Source: Gemmatimonas sp. (lineage in GTDB: Bacteria; Gemmatimonadota; Gemmatimonadetes; Gemmatimonadales; Gemmatimonadaceae). From it: 64,000 nucleotides of DNA. Both the position numbers and the translations under genes were made by a program. Shown here one piece after another: positions 46,039-54,789 of the stretch (positions are counted from its first letter, which is position 1; every line of letters starts with the position of its first letter). The notes under the pieces are model-generated. The model ran no database searches. It saw only the letters and a program-made list of their open reading frames with translations, and was not told the origin of the DNA. Location of the stretch: assembly GCA_965279375.1 (NCBI GenBank), contig OZ257156.1, positions 1,856,001-1,920,000 of the forward strand, given 5' to 3'.

Positions 46039-47160
46039 TCAGGCGACCGCGGCGACGCTATCCCGGTGCGCAGACAGCGCGCCAAACGGCACCACGAAGA
46101 AGTGCGGATACGTCTGCAGTAGCGCCTCTGGAGTCGCATCCAGCACGCGCGTGTCCAACACACTCGTGTAGTAGAAGTATCGACGCTCTTGCGTGCCCCA
46201 GCGACGTTTGAAGTCGTACACGCCGCCCTGCGTGAGCCAGGTGCCACCCCAGTTCCACATCCGGTACCCATCGGCCGCAGCATCCGCCATCGCGCGGAAG
46301 ATCAGAAGACTGAGCGGCTGCTCCGTGCGATGCGCTTCACTGGTGGCGGGGGTGAAGTACTCCACCGTGTCGTTGCCGTAGAAGAGCAACAGGGCCGCTA
46401 CCGCGACATCGTCGATGCGAGCCACGTACAGGCGACGCATCGAATCGGGGACGTCACGCACTGCGTGCAGAAAGAATTCCCAGTCTTTCGCGCGCCCGCC
46501 AATCGCACGGATGTTCTGCTCGTGCGTCTCGTACAGATATCGGTAGTCTGCGAGCTCCTGGCTGACACTCACCTGCACACCGGCCTTGATCGCTCGCCGG
46601 ATGTTGCGCGGCCTCGGCTCGTCGAACGAGGCCAGAAGGGCCGCTTCGATATCGGAGTCAGGCGCGGGCAATGGCGTCAACAATGCGATACGCTCGTCAC
46701 GGAGCGAGAAGCGATCGTCTTGCTCGTACAGCTCAAGGTCGTCTTCGTACGGCGAGGAGATGATCGTCGCTGTCACGCAACCTTGCTGTCGCGCGAGGTC
46801 GTGAAACGCGTCGAGCAGCGCTGCTCGCGCGCGCGCGACGCCAGTGTGCGCGAGAATGCCGCCGTTGCTTCCGTAGTAGGGCAGGGAGTTGAGCACGGGC
46901 GCGTCGCCGGCACTCTGCATGGCCGGAAGGACGCCGGCGATCTGGTCGTCGGCATCGAGTGCGACCAGATATCGCGGCGTACAGCGCAGATAGCCCGCCA
47001 GCAGATCACGGTACTCGAGCGACGCGTACAGCATGCCTGATTGGTGCTGCATCACGAACGCAGCATACGCGGCCTCGAGGTCGGGCGACAGAAGGCGCAC
47101 GCGATACTCGCCAGAGTCCGCGACTGACGGGATGATCGCCCCGCTCACTGCCTCAGGCAT
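46039..47160 (-). CDS. FemAB/GNAT-like acyl- or aminoacyl-transferase
   Basis: Start MPEAVSG; LNSLPYYGSNGG, RNIRRAIKAGV, WNWGGT, GVYDFKRRWG. Confidence 0.8.
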   Translation of the reverse strand: MPEAVSGAIIPSVADSGEYRVRLLSPDLEAAYAAFVMQHQSGMLYASLEYRDLLAGYLRCTPRYLVALDADDQIAGVLPAMQSAGDAPVLNSLPYYGSNGGILAHTGVARARAALLDAFHDLARQQGCVTATIISSPYEDDLELYEQDDRFSLRDERIALLTPLPAPDSDIEAALLASFDEPRPRNIRRAIKAGVQVSVSQELADYRYLYETHEQNIRAIGGRAKDWEFFLHAVRDVPDSMRRLYVARIDDVAVAALLLFYGNDTVEYFTPATSEAHRTEQPLSLLIFRAMADAAADGYRMWNWGGTWLTQGGVYDFKRRWGTQERRYFYYTSVLDTRVLDATPEALLQTYPHFFVVPFGALSAHRDSVAAVA

Positions 47161-47162
47161 CG

Positions 47163-48374
47163 TCAGACGTGCGCGACGACAGGCGTTGGCGACATCAGTG
47201 ACGGCGCTGCAATCGCCTCCTGCAGCGCGTTCACCACGACCGCGCACTCGTCCGCCGTCATCCCGGCATACATCGGCAGGGTGATCGACGCGTGCTCGGC
47301 GATGTAGGCGTTGGGGAAGTCTTCCCGCCGATAGCCGTACTTCTCGCGATAGTAGTGCAGGTGTGGCGGGGCGTGCGTACCCTGTCGCGTCACGATCCCC
47401 TGCTGCTCGAGCGCGTGCATGATGCGATTCCGGCGGTCGAAGAGCGCGTCGATGTTTGCGAGCGTGGGGACCTCGGGCTGAAACAGGCAGACGTACGACT
47501 GCTGCCCATGTCCGTAGTCGGCATGGCGAAAGGGCGTCTCGAGCCACTCGATGTCGGCGAGCAGTTCGTCGTACCAGCCGGCACAGGCCTTTCGGCCGGC
47601 TTGAATACGATCTGCCTTCCGCATCTGCGCGACGCCCAGGGCGCCCTGCAAATCGGTCATCCGATAGTTGAAGCCGAGGTGACGGTATTCGGCGAGCAGG
47701 AAGGAGTACTGCTGTTCGTGGCGCTCGAGGTCGGAGCGACTGGCGCCATGGTCGCGCAGCGTGCGCGACAACGAGGCGAGCGCTGCGTCACCAGTGGTGA
47801 TCATGCCGCCCTCACCCGTGGTGATGGCCTTGCGCGGGTGGAACGAGAAGGCGCCGATCTCGCCGAAGGTGCCGACGTGGCGCCCCTTGTACCACGTATC
47901 GAAACCGCAGGCCGCATCCTCCATCACCCAGAGGCCACGCTGCTTGGCGAGCGCCATCAGCGGGTCCATCTCGGCGGACAGGCCAAACAGGTGCACAGGG
48001 ATGATGCCGACCGTACGCTCTGTGATGGCGGCAGCAGCGGCGGCGACGTCGATGTTGAAGGTGCGCAAGTCTACGTCGACGAACACCGGCTTGGCACCAA
48101 GGTGTTCGACGATGTTGGCCGTAGAGATCCACGTGAACGCCGGCACGATGACTTCGTCACCAGGCTTGAGGCCAAGGGCTGACGCACCGATATGCAGCGC
48201 CGTCGTGCACGAGGATGTTGCAGCGGAGTGCGCGCTGCCAGTGAACGCGGAGAATCGATCCTCGAACTCCTTGACGTAGCGTCCCTGCACAACCCAGCCG
48301 CTGCGAAGCGGCTCCAGGATGAGTGCAAGATCGTCTTCGTCGAAGATCGCCTTGGTGATCGGGATGGAGTGCAT
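47163..48374 (-). CDS. DegT/DnrJ/EryC1/StrS-family PLP sugar aminotransferase
   Basis: SSCTTALH, PVHLFG, EDAAC, FSFHPRKAITTGEGGM, GFNYRMTD. Confidence 0.94.
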   Translation of the reverse strand: MHSIPITKAIFDEDDLALILEPLRSGWVVQGRYVKEFEDRFSAFTGSAHSAATSSCTTALHIGASALGLKPGDEVIVPAFTWISTANIVEHLGAKPVFVDVDLRTFNIDVAAAAAAITERTVGIIPVHLFGLSAEMDPLMALAKQRGLWVMEDAACGFDTWYKGRHVGTFGEIGAFSFHPRKAITTGEGGMITTGDAALASLSRTLRDHGASRSDLERHEQQYSFLLAEYRHLGFNYRMTDLQGALGVAQMRKADRIQAGRKACAGWYDELLADIEWLETPFRHADYGHGQQSYVCLFQPEVPTLANIDALFDRRNRIMHALEQQGIVTRQGTHAPPHLHYYREKYGYRREDFPNAYIAEHASITLPMYAGMTADECAVVVNALQEAIAAPSLMSPTPVVAHV

Positions 48375-48386
48375 GGAGCGTCCTTG

Positions 48387-49304
48387 TTACTCCGCGCGGC
48401 GGCCGCGTACGGTGATGCCGTAGGGATCGAGATGGGTGTGCACGACGTCGAGCCCCGCTTCGGAGAACCACAACAGCACCTCCGGCAGTTCGTGGCGCGT
48501 CGCGTCCTGCGGGTGATACCAGTCGTAGTTGACGGCAACGTTGTCGCTGTCGCTCAGCATAGGATTCCAATAGCACTTCGCGAAGAAGTGATAGAGGAAG
48601 CGCTGCAGGTCGTAGGTGCCCGCTGGAATGCCCAGCACCGGAACGGCAGGAACCGTGAGCTCCACCGGCTCGCCATTCACACGCGTTTCAGACAAGGCAC
48701 GCCCCAGTGCGGTGATCTGCTCGGCGACAGCACTCGCCTCATCGTACGGCATCGCCGCGATGCGCTCGCGAACGAAATCATCGGTGAACTCGCGGATCGG
48801 CGCCTTCCGGCAATACACGTAAATCGCGATCTCTCCTTCCTCGGCCAGCAGCGCGGCGAGATTGAGGAAGGCCGCGCGCGGATTGCCCGTGTGGTGGAGC
48901 ACTTCCTGGCAGTAGATGAAATCGAACGCGCCAAGCGGCTTGAGGTCCTGCAGCAGGTTGGCCGGTTTGACCTGAATGCGCGGGTACGCGCGCAGATTCT
49001 CCGCAGCGATCTCCGCAGCAACCAGGTCAACGCCCATGATCTCGCACCAGATGGGCGAGAAGTCATGCAACAGCGCGGTTACGCGTCCGTTGCCGCAGCC
49101 GGCGTCGAGAATGCGCGTGCGGGTGGCCAGGTATGCGCGCAGCTCGTCGAGCGATGCGAACCCGTTGCGCGACAGAATCCATTGCTGAATCTCGGATCCC
49201 TCACGCAGCGTCTCTTCAAAGGCGAGCCGCGGGTTGTTGCTCCACTTGTCATCGAAGCTACGCGCGGTATTGGTCTCGCTGGCGTGCGCCGTTGCTGGTG
49301 TCAT
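48387..49304 (-). CDS. Class I SAM-dependent methyltransferase
   Basis: ILDAGCGNGR, FDFIYCQEVLHHT, YDWYHPQ. Confidence 0.88.
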   Translation of the reverse strand: MTPATAHASETNTARSFDDKWSNNPRLAFEETLREGSEIQQWILSRNGFASLDELRAYLATRTRILDAGCGNGRVTALLHDFSPIWCEIMGVDLVAAEIAAENLRAYPRIQVKPANLLQDLKPLGAFDFIYCQEVLHHTGNPRAAFLNLAALLAEEGEIAIYVYCRKAPIREFTDDFVRERIAAMPYDEASAVAEQITALGRALSETRVNGEPVELTVPAVPVLGIPAGTYDLQRFLYHFFAKCYWNPMLSDSDNVAVNYDWYHPQDATRHELPEVLLWFSEAGLDVVHTHLDPYGITVRGRRAE

Positions 49305-50269
49305 GCTGCCCCCTGAGTCTTGCGATCGAGTGCCCGTGCGGGATTGCCAACGACGACGGCGTTGTCTGCGACGCTGCGGAGTACCACCGCGCCCATGCCG
49401 ACAATTGCATCTGTTCCGATCGACACGCCGCCATCCATGATCGAGGCGCTCGGCGCGATCCACGCGCGGGCACCGATGCGTGCGCTCCCTGCGACCATCG
49501 CATTCGCGGTCAGGACGGCGTCCGCGCCCACGATCACGTTGTGCGCGATGTGGACGAGGTTATCCATGCGCACGCCGGATTCGACGATCGTATCGGTGAG
49601 CGTTCCGCATGAGATGCAGCTGTTCGCGCCGATCTCCACATCGTCGCCGATCTGAACGCCGCCGAGCTGCGGGAATTTCTCGAGGCGACCATCGGCATTG
49701 CGCTCGTGGCCGAAGCCGTCGGCACCGATGATCACTCCTGCGTGCAGCGTGACGCGCGCGCCGATGCGGGAACCGGGATAGAGACAGACGTGCGCGTGCA
49801 GCACGGATCCCGAGCCAATCTCACAGTCGTCATCCACCACAACGTACGCGCCGAGGTAGACGTCGTCGGCGACACGCGCATTGGGATGCACCCAGGCGGT
49901 GGGATGGCGGCCGCGTCGTGGCGCAGGCGCGAAGAACTGCGTGAGGAGTCGCGAGAAGGAGAGCCGCGGCGTTGCGGTGATGAGCAGCGTGACGTCAGAG
50001 CGCGTAACGAGATCGGCGGCGCTCGACAGGCAGAGCACCACGCCGGCGTGGCTGGCGTCGATCAGCGCCGCGCCTCGTTCGGCGTCGCGTGTGCAGAAGG
50101 TGACGTCGGTGGAGGCGGCGCGGTCGATGGGAAGCGCGGCATCCACGGCGCGCATCGCATCACCACGGATTTCAGCAATACCGATCGAGCCGACGTCATG
50201 TATCGCGTGGGCGAGCAACGGGACCGTCAGGCGACCGACGGTCGACTGCAGCACTTCAGGCACCGACAT
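49301..50269 (-). CDS. LpxD-like hexapeptide-repeat N-acyltransferase
   Basis: HPTAWVHPNA, IGADGFG, PQLGGVQIGDDVEIGANSCI, DNLVHIAHNV, VGNPAR. Confidence 0.85.
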   Translation of the reverse strand: MSVPEVLQSTVGRLTVPLLAHAIHDVGSIGIAEIRGDAMRAVDAALPIDRAASTDVTFCTRDAERGAALIDASHAGVVLCLSSAADLVTRSDVTLLITATPRLSFSRLLTQFFAPAPRRGRHPTAWVHPNARVADDVYLGAYVVVDDDCEIGSGSVLHAHVCLYPGSRIGARVTLHAGVIIGADGFGHERNADGRLEKFPQLGGVQIGDDVEIGANSCISCGTLTDTIVESGVRMDNLVHIAHNVIVGADAVLTANAMVAGSARIGARAWIAPSASIMDGGVSIGTDAIVGMGAVVLRSVADNAVVVGNPARALDRKTQGAA

Positions 50270-51008
50270 TGATCCGCCCTCCACGTTCCATGTCTTCGCG
50301 ATAGTACGTGCGCATCGAGTCAGCACGTCCGCTGATGCAGCGCTCGATACGCGCCGCAGGTGACATCGGCGACTCGGTCCACCACTCAGGATGCGTGAGT
50401 ACCTGCAGCGTGGAGTGCGTGCCCGTGCGCAGGACATCCTCGAGGCGGCGATGGCGCCAGTAGCCATTCGAGTCGGAGACATATCCGACGCGCTGCTGAA
50501 AGCGTGTCGCGTACGTGTTCACTCGACGGCCATAGGTTGCGCGCTCGCAGGAGAGGAGAAACGGCGTAGGCTGGTGGAAGGAGAAGGCCGTGACCGGCGT
50601 CCGCAGCACACGTTCGAGAATGGACGCTTCCCACGTCACCAGTTCGTCCAGCACGTCTTCTGTGCTCACCCCGTGAAAGTCGGTGTCCAGATGCAGGCCC
50701 ACCGCGTGTCCGAGCTGCACGATCTCTCGCGCGACTTCGGCAACAGGCTGCTCGAGCAGGTTGTACAGCTCACTGTGCAGGCGAAAGAAGTACGTCGAGC
50801 GGACTCCCTCTTCGGCCTCGATGCGCGCAAGCGCCCGCGCTGCGTGCACGGAGTAGTCCACATCGTGGCGCCACAGTACACTGCCGTCAGGGAGCTCGTC
50901 TTCGGAGAAGTCCGCGAACGCGTAGCGCTGCTGCGCGAGGCGCAGCAGCGCGCGATAGTTGTCGCGCGTGAAGTCGTTGAAGTGGTATCGCGAGGCGAGC
51001 TCCGTCAT
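50256..51008 (-). CDS. Polysaccharide deacetylase-like protein
   Basis: WRHDVD, STYFF, VGLHLD, FSFHQP, YVSDSNGYW, LTHPEWW. Confidence 0.75.
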   Translation of the reverse strand: MTELASRYHFNDFTRDNYRALLRLAQQRYAFADFSEDELPDGSVLWRHDVDYSVHAARALARIEAEEGVRSTYFFRLHSELYNLLEQPVAEVAREIVQLGHAVGLHLDTDFHGVSTEDVLDELVTWEASILERVLRTPVTAFSFHQPTPFLLSCERATYGRRVNTYATRFQQRVGYVSDSNGYWRHRRLEDVLRTGTHSTLQVLTHPEWWTESPMSPAARIERCISGRADSMRTYYREDMERGGRINVGA

Positions 51009-51017
51009 GGTTGCTCC

Positions 51018-52922
51018 TTACGCCGCGGCTTGATGCGCGACGCCTGCGTCGCGGAACTGACGCAGCCACCACTCGAAGTTGAGCAGCGACCAGATCAGCA
51101 GGCGATGGTTCACGCGCCCCTCCACGTGCTCGTCGAGGAGGGTGTGGACGGTGGCAGGCTCAATGAATTCGTACAGCCGCGCATCGCGGCTGGAGAGCAG
51201 GCGGCGGATGTAGTCGATGCTCTCGCCCTTGAACCAGCTGCCGTCGGGAGCGGAGAAGCCCTGCTTGCGCGCCTGCGCATAGCCTTGCGGCACGTAGCGC
51301 GAGAGTGCCTTGCGCAGAAGCAGCTTGCCGTCGCCGGTCTCGTTGAAATACTGCTGCTTCTTCGAGCCAGGCGTGTTCTCGTCCATGCGCACCAGCTTGT
51401 CCACGTGCTTCAGCTTGTACTTGATGGGCACCCGCAGGGCGAAGTCTACGAGATCGTTGTCGAGGAACGGCACGCGCGTCTCCAGGCCATGCGCCATGGA
51501 GAGCTTATCCTCGACGAGCAGCAATCCATTGAGGAACGTGGAGAGCTCGAAGTACAGCGAGGTGTTGATGTAGTCGTCCGGACGCATCGCCAGAAACGAC
51601 CGGCGACGGAGGACGTTGCGGAACGCTTCCTGTGGCCCATTCGCCGGCATTTGGCCGGCCATCGATGGACGGAAGAAGCCTGCGCGATGCGTGTCGGGGA
51701 CCAGACGCTGCCAGTACGCGTAGTACTTGTCGATGTACTGCGCGGCGTCGTCGTTCTTCACGGCGCGATAGTAGCGCCACGGATAGCCGGCGAAGATCTC
51801 GTCGCCGCCCGTACCCGCGAGCACGACTTTCACGAAGCGCGAGGCGAGGCGGGAGACGTAGTAGTTGGGATAGCTCTGTCCAACGCGCAGATCTTCGAGA
51901 TGCCAGACGAGCTTGGGGAGCACGCGCTCCATGTCGCCGGCCTTGAGCACCACCTGATAGTGCTCGGTCTTGTATGCGTTGCTCAGCTGTTCCGCGCGTG
52001 CTCGTTCGTCGAATGCGAGCTCCAGCCCAGATGCCGATGACAAATCGAAGCCCGCCGTGAAGCTCTTCACGTTGCGGAACTTGCGCGCGGTCAGGCAGGT
52101 CACGGCTCCCGAGTCGATGCCACCACTCAGATATGTGCCAACCTCCACGTCGGCTTCCACCTGGCGCGCGACCGCCTGCTGAAACAGGCGGTCCAGCTCT
52201 TCGAGATACTCACCTTCGGACACGCCCTTCTCGTCCTTGAAGGTGTAGTCCCACCACCGCTTGGTCAGCAGCGATTCCGGATCGCCCAAGGTCAGCGTGA
52301 GCATCGTCGCGCGCGGCATCAGCTTGATGCCGTCGAACAGCGTGCGATCGCTGAAGACGTTCTGAAAGGTGAAGTACTCGTTCAACGCCGAGGTGTCGAC
52401 GCGCACCTGCACCGACGGATGCGCGAGCAGCGACTTGATCTCCGAGCCGAAGAGCAGCGTCTGCCCATCCCAACGATAGTACAACGGCTTGATGCCATAG
52501 CGGTCCCGCGCAAGGAACAGCTTGGACTCACGGGCGTCCCAAATTGCAAACGCAAACATGCCATTGAACTTTTCGAGGCACTTGGGGCCCCATTCGCGGT
52601 ACGCCGCGAGAATCACTTCGGAGTCGCTTTGCGAACGGAAGACATGTCCCTTCCGCTCGAGCTGCTTGCGGAGCTCGCGCCAGTTGTAGATCTCGCCGTT
52701 GTACGTCAATACCAGCGACCCGTCGGCCGAGCGCATCGGCTGATGCCCCTGCTCCGACAGGTCTACGATGGCCAAACGACGATGGCCGAACCCGACGAAA
52801 CCGCCGGTCCAGAAGCCTTCGCCGTCGGGTCCGCGGTGCTTGACGATATCCGTCATCGCGCGCAGCACACCGATCGGAACCGGTGCGCCGTTCACGTTGA
52901 AGATGCCGGCGATGCCGCACAT
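51018..52922 (-). CDS. asnB: Asparagine synthetase-family glutamine amidotransferase (second copy)
   Basis: MCGIAG, HRGPDG, YNGEIYN, LSGGIDS, GTGGDEIFAGY, EDKLSMAHGLETRVPFLD. Confidence 0.93.
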   Translation of the reverse strand: MCGIAGIFNVNGAPVPIGVLRAMTDIVKHRGPDGEGFWTGGFVGFGHRRLAIVDLSEQGHQPMRSADGSLVLTYNGEIYNWRELRKQLERKGHVFRSQSDSEVILAAYREWGPKCLEKFNGMFAFAIWDARESKLFLARDRYGIKPLYYRWDGQTLLFGSEIKSLLAHPSVQVRVDTSALNEYFTFQNVFSDRTLFDGIKLMPRATMLTLTLGDPESLLTKRWWDYTFKDEKGVSEGEYLEELDRLFQQAVARQVEADVEVGTYLSGGIDSGAVTCLTARKFRNVKSFTAGFDLSSASGLELAFDERARAEQLSNAYKTEHYQVVLKAGDMERVLPKLVWHLEDLRVGQSYPNYYVSRLASRFVKVVLAGTGGDEIFAGYPWRYYRAVKNDDAAQYIDKYYAYWQRLVPDTHRAGFFRPSMAGQMPANGPQEAFRNVLRRRSFLAMRPDDYINTSLYFELSTFLNGLLLVEDKLSMAHGLETRVPFLDNDLVDFALRVPIKYKLKHVDKLVRMDENTPGSKKQQYFNETGDGKLLLRKALSRYVPQGYAQARKQGFSAPDGSWFKGESIDYIRRLLSSRDARLYEFIEPATVHTLLDEHVEGRVNHRLLIWSLLNFEWWLRQFRDAGVAHQAAA

Positions 52923-52952
52923 CAGCGCGTCACTCCAAATCGCATCGTGTGA

Positions 52953-53966
52953 CTACGCGGCGTTGACGAGCTGCAGCGGACGGCCAGCGGCCTGCGCGGC
53001 CACGCGTCCGAGATGTGCATCGCGCCACGCGATCAGGCGCGTCAGTCCATCACGCAGTTCGATCGTTGTGCGGAAGCCAAGATCGCGCGCCGCCTTCTCC
53101 GGGCAGCCCACGCGATTCGTCACGAACACTCGGCTCTCCGGCTCGTACTTGATCTGCTGCGAGGAGCCGCGGATCTCGAGAATCATTTCGGTCAGCTCGC
53201 GCAGCGAGGTGCGCGTGCCACTGCCGACGTTGTACGCTTCCTCGGTCACGTCGCTCTCGAGCGCGAGTACGTTGGCCCGCGCGCAGTCGCTCACGTAGAT
53301 GAAGTCGTACGCCGCCGAGCCGTCGCCGTGGAGGATGGGAGGCAGGCCGCGATCGAGGCGATCGAGGATCTTCATGATCACCGCGATGTACGTGCCCTTA
53401 TAGTCCTGGCGCGCACCGTACACGTTCATGTAGCGCAGCATCGCGACGGACAGGTTGTAGCGATCGGCATACGACTTCACCATCGCTTCGCCGGCGATCT
53501 TGGTGGCGCCGTAGAACGTCTTGTTGTTGAACGGGTGCGACTCGGTCATCGGCAGCTCCACCGCATCGCCGTACACGGAGGCGGAGGAGGAATAGACGAG
53601 GCGCTCGATGCCGTGCTGGCGGCACGCGTCGATCACGTTGAAGGTGCCGCGCACGTTCACGTCGAACGCGGCCTGCGGGAATTCATGGCACTGGAGCAGC
53701 CATAGCGCAGCCAGATGCACGACGCACTGACTCTCCTTCACCGCCGACGACAGAATGTCCGACTGCAGGATGTCGCCGCCCGTCTCGAAAATCCGGACGC
53801 GCGGATCGCGCAGTGCCTCGGAGAGATTGTCGACGGTGCCACGACAGAAATTGTCGTAGACGATGACCTGCTTCACGTCGCGCGTCAGCAACTCGTCTAC
53901 GACATGAGAGCCGATGAAGCCGGCGCCGCCGATGACACAGATCGTCTTGCCGCGAAGGTCACGCAT
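52953..53966 (-). CDS. NAD-dependent epimerase/dehydratase (extended SDR)
   Basis: GGAGFIGSH, SSSASVYG, YGATK, LRYMNVYG. Confidence 0.93.
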   Translation of the reverse strand: MRDLRGKTICVIGGAGFIGSHVVDELLTRDVKQVIVYDNFCRGTVDNLSEALRDPRVRIFETGGDILQSDILSSAVKESQCVVHLAALWLLQCHEFPQAAFDVNVRGTFNVIDACRQHGIERLVYSSSASVYGDAVELPMTESHPFNNKTFYGATKIAGEAMVKSYADRYNLSVAMLRYMNVYGARQDYKGTYIAVIMKILDRLDRGLPPILHGDGSAAYDFIYVSDCARANVLALESDVTEEAYNVGSGTRTSLRELTEMILEIRGSSQQIKYEPESRVFVTNRVGCPEKAARDLGFRTTIELRDGLTRLIAWRDAHLGRVAAQAAGRPLQLVNAA

Positions 53967-54036
53967 GGGAGTGTCGTGCTGGGAGGAGATAGTCTGAGCG
54001 CCGCGAACCGGACGCGGCCTATACTGTCACACTCAA

Positions 54037-54081
54037 GCACGATCCATGCCGAATCGTAAAGCGTTTGATCGCAACACTTTA
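54037..54081 (-). promoter_or_regulatory. Sigma54 promoter plus 25-bp IHF-like element of glycan operon 2
   Basis: Minus strand CGGCAT-GGATC-GTGC (54037-54051); TAA-AGCG-TTT-GATCG-CAA-CACT-TTA (54057-54081). Confidence 0.7.
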
Positions 54082-54114
54082 GGTCGAAAGCGCTCCTGAG
54101 AATCCCCGCTTGGC

Positions 54115-54150
54115 GGGCGACCATTGCCGTGACACCGGCAACTTCTGCCG
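54115..54150. promoter_or_regulatory. Candidate enhancer (UAS) pair
   Basis: GGGCG-ACCAT-TGCCG (54115-54129) and perfect CGGCA-ACTTC-TGCCG (54136-54150). Confidence 0.65.
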
Positions 54151-54177
54151 ACCGCAGGGACCTCCGGTCTGGCGCCG

Positions 54178-54789
54178 CTAGCGTTCCCCAATCAGCACGA
54201 ACGCCGCACGCGCGGACGTGTTCGTCGAAGCGTCCGGGGGAAGGAGTCCGCCAAACACCGGGTCGAGTCCGGATGCGTCGAGGAACGCATGGAGTTCGGG
54301 AAACGTCCACTCGCGCACATATCCCGCCTCGGCAGGCGGGCCGGGGTCGTCGCCCGCGACAGTCAGCTGTCGAACAGACGTGCCGAGTACCACGATCGCC
54401 GATTCGCGGGTGAGCAAGCGAAGTCGCGCCAACAGCGGCACAGGATCGGCGAGTCGCTGCAGGACGTCGTCGCAGACCACGACGAGATTCGGCGAGAGTC
54501 GGTGCTCGGTCAATGCAGTGTCCGGCCGCATCCAGTCGATGTCCGCCAGTATGCTGCTGCCAAGGGCGTTCGCTATGGCCGTCGCCAACGCCATCGTACC
54601 GCCATCGGCGGTGAGCGACGCGCTCGGAACCGCTGCCTCGGCGCGCGCAACGTATCCCGGACGGATGCAGTAGTTCGGCAGCGCGCCCAGCAAGAACGGT
54701 CGAAGTGGCGCCGCGTACGGCTGCAACAGCGACGGTGTGATCGCGGAAGCGATAGCGTCGAGCGTGGATGCAGAAGCGGCGCGGTTCAT
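54178..54789 (-). CDS. Degenerate methyltransferase-like protein
   Basis: VVVCDDVLQRLADPVPLL, GPPAEAGYVREWTFPELHAFL; no glycine-rich SAM motif. Confidence 0.55.
   Translation of the reverse strand: MNRAASASTLDAIASAITPSLLQPYAAPLRPFLLGALPNYCIRPGYVARAEAAVPSASLTADGGTMALATAIANALGSSILADIDWMRPDTALTEHRLSPNLVVVCDDVLQRLADPVPLLARLRLLTRESAIVVLGTSVRQLTVAGDDPGPPAEAGYVREWTFPELHAFLDASGLDPVFGGLLPPDASTNTSARAAFVLIGER

Noticed and set aside
49301..50269. Calling this gene lpxD (lipid A pathway)
   Set aside because: Context is a sugar-modification operon with no other lpx or bamA genes; likely a paralogous acyltransferase
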